Source of the DNA: the human T2T-CHM13v2.0 reference genome, Homo sapiens
Direction: 5' to 3' (one strand)
NCBI RefSeq assembly: GCF_009914755.1
Contig: NC_060925.1
Length of the DNA stretch: 64,000 bases
Below, piece by piece: positions 53,326 to 64,000 of the stretch. Every line of letters begins with the position of its first letter. The first letter of the stretch is position 1. The position numbers and the translations under genes were made by a program. The notes under the pieces were generated by a model. It worked only from the letters and a program-made list of their open reading frames with translations. It had not been told where the DNA came from and did no database searches.

Positions 53326-53751
53326 TGAGCGTGGAAGAGGATGCTGTTAATTACTCAAGACCAAAAGGCATAAAAGGAGACATATGTCCACCCAAGTGAT
53401 AAGGCAGTTTGGGAAACTACATTTCCCAGTATGCCCTGCCCCTTGAAAGTTAAAAATCTTAACTGGCACAGAGCACCCTGGGACACCTGTGGTTAGCACC
53501 ATTTAAGAAGTAAAAGGTATAGGGTTGGGTTCTGACGTGAAGGCTTTCCCCTTCCATGGGACACTTAACCAGACACAGGACACAACACCTGAGGTGAAAT
53601 TTCAATGGGTATTAAGTCTGGGGTAGAGGTTCTCTCTCCCCAAATCTAGCTTCCAAAGATGTGGAGCTGGTGGAGCTGTCCATTGGTCCACTGCCCTGTT
53701 TCTCCTGGGTGCTGCCTCTGCCTCCTCATATCACCAGCGTCCCCACTGCCA

Positions 53752-53865
53752 CTAGTCTGTAGGGGGATTCCGGGCTAGGTGCTCTTCCCACTCGACTTCA
53801 ACCAACTTATATAGCTCCATGGTGGCCTGGGCATCTTCCACAGAGGAATGTCCGCTCTTCCCAAC
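53752..53865 (-). CDS. ISG20L2: ISG20L2 last coding exon
   Basis: cag|GTT; encodes [37 protein letters not shown] then TAG; Exo III motif HxxxxD; 114 nt. Confidence 0.97.
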   Translation of the reverse strand, partial: VGKSGHSSVEDAQATMELYKLVEVEWEEHLARNPPTD

Positions 53866-54550
53866 CTGAGCAAGCAAGGAAGACAAGAGCATGAAGAGAA
53901 AAGAAACCGTTTCTTCCTTCCCAGTGTACTCTCTGTACTCCTCTTCCCCCTGCCTCCGCTACACAGTTTCTTCTGCAGTCAGCAGCCTACAAAGACAGAA
54001 TTCTGGTGGGGTCCTACTCCTTATGTAATTTCAGGGGTTCAACTCCTAGGAAGTCTTTGCCACTGTCTACCTCAGTCCTTTCTGTGGCAGTATGTATAAG
54101 CCATATTAGGTTCTGTAGAGATAGAACATACCAGGTCAAAGACAGGTCTTCTGAGTCTTCCACTTTCCCTAGTTCCTTAACTGCTCTATATGTGACATAT
54201 GTCCCCATCTTCCTGCCAGATGGGCCACCCTTTGCTGAAATATAGCGTGTAAAATACGAGCGGTCCTTGCATCCACTACACGGTCTCTTGGACCACCACT
54301 GCTACCTGCTTTCTTCCTTAGTTAGGGTTTTATATCTACTTAGGACTTTTTCCCTTTTCCAAAGCACACTTTGAAACATTCTATGAGGTAGACAACAGGA
54401 ATTATTATCCTGTGTACAGATGGAGCTCTTCCCATCACAGCAGCCCACCTGGATCTCTACAACCACAGGACTTCTGAGATCAGAGTCTGGCTAGGGGCAT
54501 CAACGAGAGCCATGTCCAAGATGGGGGCGGGGGATGTGGGGAGATGCTAC

Positions 54551-54751
54551 CTGGATATCCCGGTTTAGCAGCTTCTTGGTGAGATGCTTCAGAGACATGG
54601 TGGCATTCTCCGGGCAGTCAGCCTTCCGGTTGAGGGGGGGGATATGGGAGGTGTCACGGGTGAGGGACTTGGGGTGAAAGTACTGAAGGGCTTTGAAGTC
54701 GTTGTGGATGGCATGCCCCACCACTATCTTCCCTGTGAGTATCTTCAAGAT
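54551..54751 (-). CDS. ISG20L2: ISG20L2 middle coding exon
   Basis: cag|ATC ... CAG|gtagca; encodes [28 protein letters not shown]...NRDIQ; Exo II motif GHxxxND; 201 nt. Confidence 0.97.
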
Positions 54752-55276
54752 CTGGAAGAAGTGTGGGAAGAGAGTGGTGAGAAGGAAGACTGAAGTGGAA
54801 CCCCTGCATTCTGAAAGCCCAACATGACCATCAATCCCTTCTGGATTCTTTCACCAACTGCCTACCTCTCCATCCTTGAAATGCTCACTCCCACAAGTTT
54901 TCTTTCTTCTGGAATCCACCTTCCTCTTCCACAGGTGATTTCCATGGTATACCCTGTTTGGACTCATACTGCCAGTGGCTCCTTACCTTCTTATTGATCT
55001 CCACCCCATGACATTAATTTGCCTTCAGTCCTAAATGACACTCATGTTTGAGATGTCCATGTATTTAGTTCAGTTCTGGCTTGCTACATGAAGTCCTTTA
55101 ACTATTACCATTATGTTGGCCTTAGACACATGGCTGGGACCCGGGCTCCAGGGAGGCTAACAAAAGCCCAAAATTACATGCAATTAGATGTGTATGGGTA
55201 CTAGAGGAAGAGAATCTGTGGCTTTCATCAAATTCTCAGAGTCTACAAACCGTAAAAAATTAAGAATCACATATAA

Positions 55277-57086
<1,810 letters not shown>

Positions 57087-57308
57087 AAAATAGATCTTGA
57101 CCAATGAAGTTTGTGACACCAGCTAATTGTACCTTCCTGACTTTCACTGCTTCTTCCACCGACAGGGGGCCTTCTTCAACAACTGATAGATTCTCCTCCC
57201 TCCCTCCACAAACATTGGTGTCTTCCCATAGTGATATCCTTTGCTGAAAAATGATTTAGACCTCTCTCCATCCACCTCCCTGCCACCATCAAGCCCCATG
57301 CTTCTTAC

Positions 57309-58055
57309 CTGGCCTCGAGCAATCTTGAAGGGTGTGGCATTCACCATGTGCTGCTTCCGGATACCACTCCACCTGGTTCGGTAGTCCACAATGTGGCAGG
57401 GGGGAAGAATGTACTCGTCATAAAGCACATCTCCGTTGTAGTTGACAATGCTACATCGAGCCAAGGAACTAACATGCCCCTTTGGTCCTGTGCCCACCAT
57501 CTCACAGTCAATTGCCACCATCTTCCGTGGCAACTTCTGGGATGCTCCGGAGCATTTATTCTCTGAATGAGCTTGGGTGGAGTTCTGTGGGGCATTCTTC
57601 TGAGGATGGTTCTTTTTAGAGGATTTCTTCTGGGAGCTCTTCTTCTGAGAGCGGGTTGGGTGGCTATTGATCTTTGGAAGGGCACTCTGGAACTCCCCCA
57701 GCAAATCTACTTTAGCAGCAACAGAATCAGCCTTTTTTGAAGGGGCAGGGGTCAACCAAGACACTGCAGCTTTCTTGTCCAGGGGCTGTCCTGACCCATT
57801 GCTGGAAGCAGCTGTCTTCTTTTTTGGGAAGGAAGGGGTCTTCCAAGTGCCATCGACCGTAGGAGTTTCCCCTTTCTTTGAAGGTTCAGAGTGCAACTTA
57901 GGCGCCTTGCTAGGGGGTTGGTTCTTTTTACTCAGAAAGCCTCTCCGTTCTAAGAGCCTCCGCTTCTTGACAAAATTTCGGTGCTTGGCATTTCCTTCTA
58001 ATGCCTTTTTGGGAGGAGGTTCCCCAAAATCCAGATTGAGCAGTAAAGTAGACAT
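57309..58055 (-). CDS. ISG20L2: Interferon-stimulated 20 kDa exonuclease-like 2 (nucleolar DEDDh 3'-5' exoribonuclease), first coding exon
   Basis: ATG at 58055 gives [17 protein letters not shown]..., a K-rich N-terminus and Exo I motif AIDCEMVG. Donor CAG|gtaaga at 57309; 747 nt. The exon acceptor is at 58172. Total CDS is 1062 nt = 353 aa. Confidence 0.97.
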
Positions 58056-58699
58056 AGGGACAATGGAAGGCGGAAGAGTAGTTGGGAAGAGTGGCTTATG
58101 GATGAAAAGAGGATGTGGGACTCATTCTCTGCTGAATCCTACTGTCCAACATGTGGAGGTCTGTAGTACACCCTGGGGAAGAAAGTGATCCTGGTAATTG
58201 AGCTCCTAGGCCTGGGAGAAAAATGAGGTAAGCTCGATCTCCGTAGGACTTATGGAAGGAAAGACATCAGAGCAATCTCTCAGACAGAGGGGAAATGAAA
58301 ACATAACATGAAATGATGGAGGGAGCATTGGTGTTAGCCAGCAAGCCTGGATTCTAGTGAAGCCCAATTCACCAGCCATTTGGTCTTAGTAAGGTCATTA
58401 CCGCGCTCTAGGTTTGAGTCTCATTTGTAAAATGAAGGGAGTGGAGGGGCTTATAGAGCTCGAACCCTCTGAGTCTAAGAGGCTAGAACACGTGCGATCT
58501 ATACTCCGCCTAGGAAAGGAACATCTAGGTATGCTCAAAAACAGTGAGAAGTATGGCGTAGATAACCTCTGGGCTACCCAGGCATCCGCAGCGTGGACCA
58601 CCAATAGAGACACAAATCCAGGCATCCCTTTCCCTTGGCTCCAGGCCGGAATTGGGGGCAATCTCCGCATGCATCTCACCCAAGTCCTTCTCCCACGCA

Positions 58700-59666
<967 letters not shown>

Positions 59667-59809
59667 TAGGTGCCCACGTCAGGGAGAGAATCTGGAGAAT
59701 TAGCCTCTGATCTCTTTCCTTCTATGAGTTTCAGTCTTTTTCTGTACAAGAAGGGGTTAAAACTGGAGTGATCCCTCCTTTTTTTTCAGCTGACATAAAT
59801 AATATTTCT

Positions 59810-59907
59810 TTTTTTTTCTTTTTCTTTTTTTTTTTCTTTTTTTTTTTGAGACGGAGTCTCGCTCTGTCCCCCAGGCTGGAGTGCAGTGGCACGATCTCGG
59901 CTCACTG
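59810..59907 (-). mobile_element. Severely 5'-truncated Alu (~60 nt body plus tail) with 16-bp TSD
   Basis: TSD cataaataatatttct at 59794-59809 and 59908-59923. Confidence 0.88.
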
Positions 59908-60844
59908 CATAAATAATATTTCTAGTACCTACCTAGATTGTTTTTGTAATCTTCCCAGATCCAAGGTAATAAAATGCGTGGACATTGGAACCATGCTGCA
60001 ACTATGTTGAACTCTTCTTGGAGCATGTCAGGTGTTCCAAGAACACACGTTATTCATCCAAGCTTTGAATAAATTCGTGGTTTTGTGGTATAGTAGACAG
60101 TCCTGGCTCTGGAATCAAAAAGGCTTAGTCTAGAATCCTGCCTCCCCTATGATGTTAACCTTAGGCCTCCCTAACCCCCAACTTGTCCTAGTCCGGGTTT
60201 CCTCAGCTATACAATGGATCCCAGTCTGAAGGATTATTGTGAAGAATAAATGAGAGAATGTGTAAATGGCACCACCATCCACTGAATTGTTTAGACCACA
60301 AACCCAGAGGCCATCATTGATTCAGTGCTGTCCTTCATTGATCCACAATCCAGTTCTTCAACAAGTCCTCTTGGCTCTGCCTTCGGAATAGATCCCAAAT
60401 TCATCCATTTGTCCCCACCTCCGTTGCTGCCACCCTAGGCCAAGCCACCATCACCTCTCTTCTGAACTACTTCCTAACCGATCTTGCTGTGTGCTTACCT
60501 CTGCCCTGCCATTACCAATTCTTCACTGAGCAGCTAGATTGATAGCATTCAAATGTAAATCTGATCACGACAATCCCTTGCTTCCTAGATACTTTTATGA
60601 AATCCTAACTCCTTACTATTACCTATAAAACCCATATTCTGGCTCCTACTGTCTCTTGAACTCTATCCCATTTTATTCTCTCACACATTTCACTGTGCTA
60701 TACCTCTGCTGGCCTGATTTCTGTTCTGCCAATATGGCAGGCATCTGGACCTTTGCACTCACTGCTCTTCCGCCACAGAAAGGCAATCGCAGAATGGTTA
60801 AGAACAAGGACTCTAGAGTAAAATTGGTTTCAAATCCCAGCTCA

Positions 60845-61150
<306 letters not shown>

Positions 61151-61521
61151 ATCCCAGCTCAGCTATTTGCTAGCTTTTGGACGTGGGCAAGTTACTTAAG
61201 TGCTGTGCCTGTTTCTACATCTGTAAAATGGGGGATAAAAAATAATACCTACCTCAAAGTGTTGTTTAAAGGATCAAATGCATTAATACATGTCAAATGT
61301 TTACAGCAGTACCTGGCCGAGAAGGTGTTAAATAAGTGTTTGCTATTACCTGTATTTTCTTTACATGCCTAGCACCTATTCATCATTCAAGTCTCAGCTC
61401 AAATGTCACCTCAGACAGGTCTTCCCTCATCATCCTATCTAAAGTAGTCCTTGCCAAAACTCTCCATTACATTACTGTTTCATTAGTGTTTTGTCTATAT
61501 GACATATGATGTTGTCTGAAG

Positions 61522-61848
<327 letters not shown>

Positions 61849-62393
61849 TAAACTCTGCAGGAGCCAGAATCTTGTCTCAGGTTCACTGTTGTATTCCCTG
61901 AGCCTACAATAGAGCTTGATGTATAACCGAAACACAGCCCCAGAATTTGTGGTGGACGAATGAATAAAAAGACACCAGTGTCTGGCACATATAATGCAGG
62001 TTACTAAGTGGTAATGTACTAATACTGTGTGTCAGTCACTCTGGTAAGTGTTAGGGATGCAGATGTGAAGATACCATCCCATCCCTCCCCTTAAGAAATT
62101 CAATTTAATAGAGAAAACAGACACAAATAAGTGCAGAAATTGCTAAAAGAAGTGTGTCCAGAATGCAATCTGGACTCCAGGGAAACAGAGTTAAGCCACC
62201 AGAGTCGGGGAGGCTGGAGCAGGCTTCAGAGAACTGACTCGGCTTAGCAGGAGGTACCTGCCAGTTACAGGCAGTGGCCCTATGTGGCAGCAGTGCTGGG
62301 AAGAGGCAGGCAATGAGGTGTGTAGTTGAGAGTGGTGTGGGAAAGAATGGGAGTGGTAGTAGCTTGCTGATGGCTTCTCCCCTTCTTCTGTAG

Positions 62394-62621
<228 letters not shown>

Positions 62622-62624
62622 TAA

Positions 62625-63008
<384 letters not shown>

Positions 63009-63195
63009 TAACTAATCATATTTTGATGCTGGGGTTCTTTTTCATTCTTTTGTGGGGTTGGTTGGCAGCTAGGTCTGAATCACTGTCTCATTCCTGTTCC
63101 CAAATCTCCACAATCTGCTCATGGCTTCACGCAGGGTTCTTGTTCTGTGGGGGAGATTGAATCACTGACCTGTGAGGCAAGGAGAGTGGGCCTGA

Positions 63196-63480
<285 letters not shown>

Positions 63481-63773
63481 TGAGTCATGGGGACATAGAA
63501 CACCTGGAAGGCAGGTTATCGGGCCACAGGCCCAGCGAGGCAGGTGTCAAGAAGCGTGGAATTTTTTTTTTCTCTTTGCATAATTTTTTTTAAGCCAGTC
63601 AGATTTAACAATGGGGGAGTTATATACCAACTTAAGCCACACTGATGTTAATAAGTTCTGTAGGGTAAAATTTAAGCCTTCTGTGGGGCCTGGGACCCAG
63701 GTGTCCAGGTTACCCATGGGGAGGGTGATAGTGGATAGGGCACTGAACAGGGCTGTTTCCATCCTCCTCGTGA

Positions 63774-63980
<207 letters not shown>

Positions 63981-64000
63981 TGAGCACAGAGGCTGGATTA

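Overview
This is human (or very close primate) genomic DNA, recognisable as chromosome 1q23.1. It contains four intron-containing protein-coding genes. NES (nestin) is on the minus strand with 4 exons, and the 3' end of its CDS runs off the window start. CRABP2 (minus, 138 aa) and ISG20L2 (minus, 353-aa DEDDh exonuclease) are complete. The first five coding exons of METTL25B/RRNAD1 are on the plus strand, head-to-head with ISG20L2 across a shared CpG-island promoter. I read all exon boundaries from GT/AG sites, and the spliced frames are intact. The rest is dense in Alus (more than 40 copies or fragments, several nested with visible target-site duplications), with older MIR, L2, L3 and MLT1 remnants. 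Recognisable regulatory elements are the nestin intron-2 SOX/POU neural enhancer, the CRABP2 TATA box, DR1 and far-upstream DR5 retinoic-acid response elements, and several CTCF motifs. I found no convincing new biological system. The best second-look items are a convergent CTCF layout around CRABP2, a candidate spliced plus-strand non-coding transcript, a six-element nested Alu stack, a triple target-site duplication, an unusually short TSD-flanked Alu, and two NES codons that appear non-reference. Most ORF-track entries are spurious. Comparisons to reference sequences and literature are from memory, not from searches.
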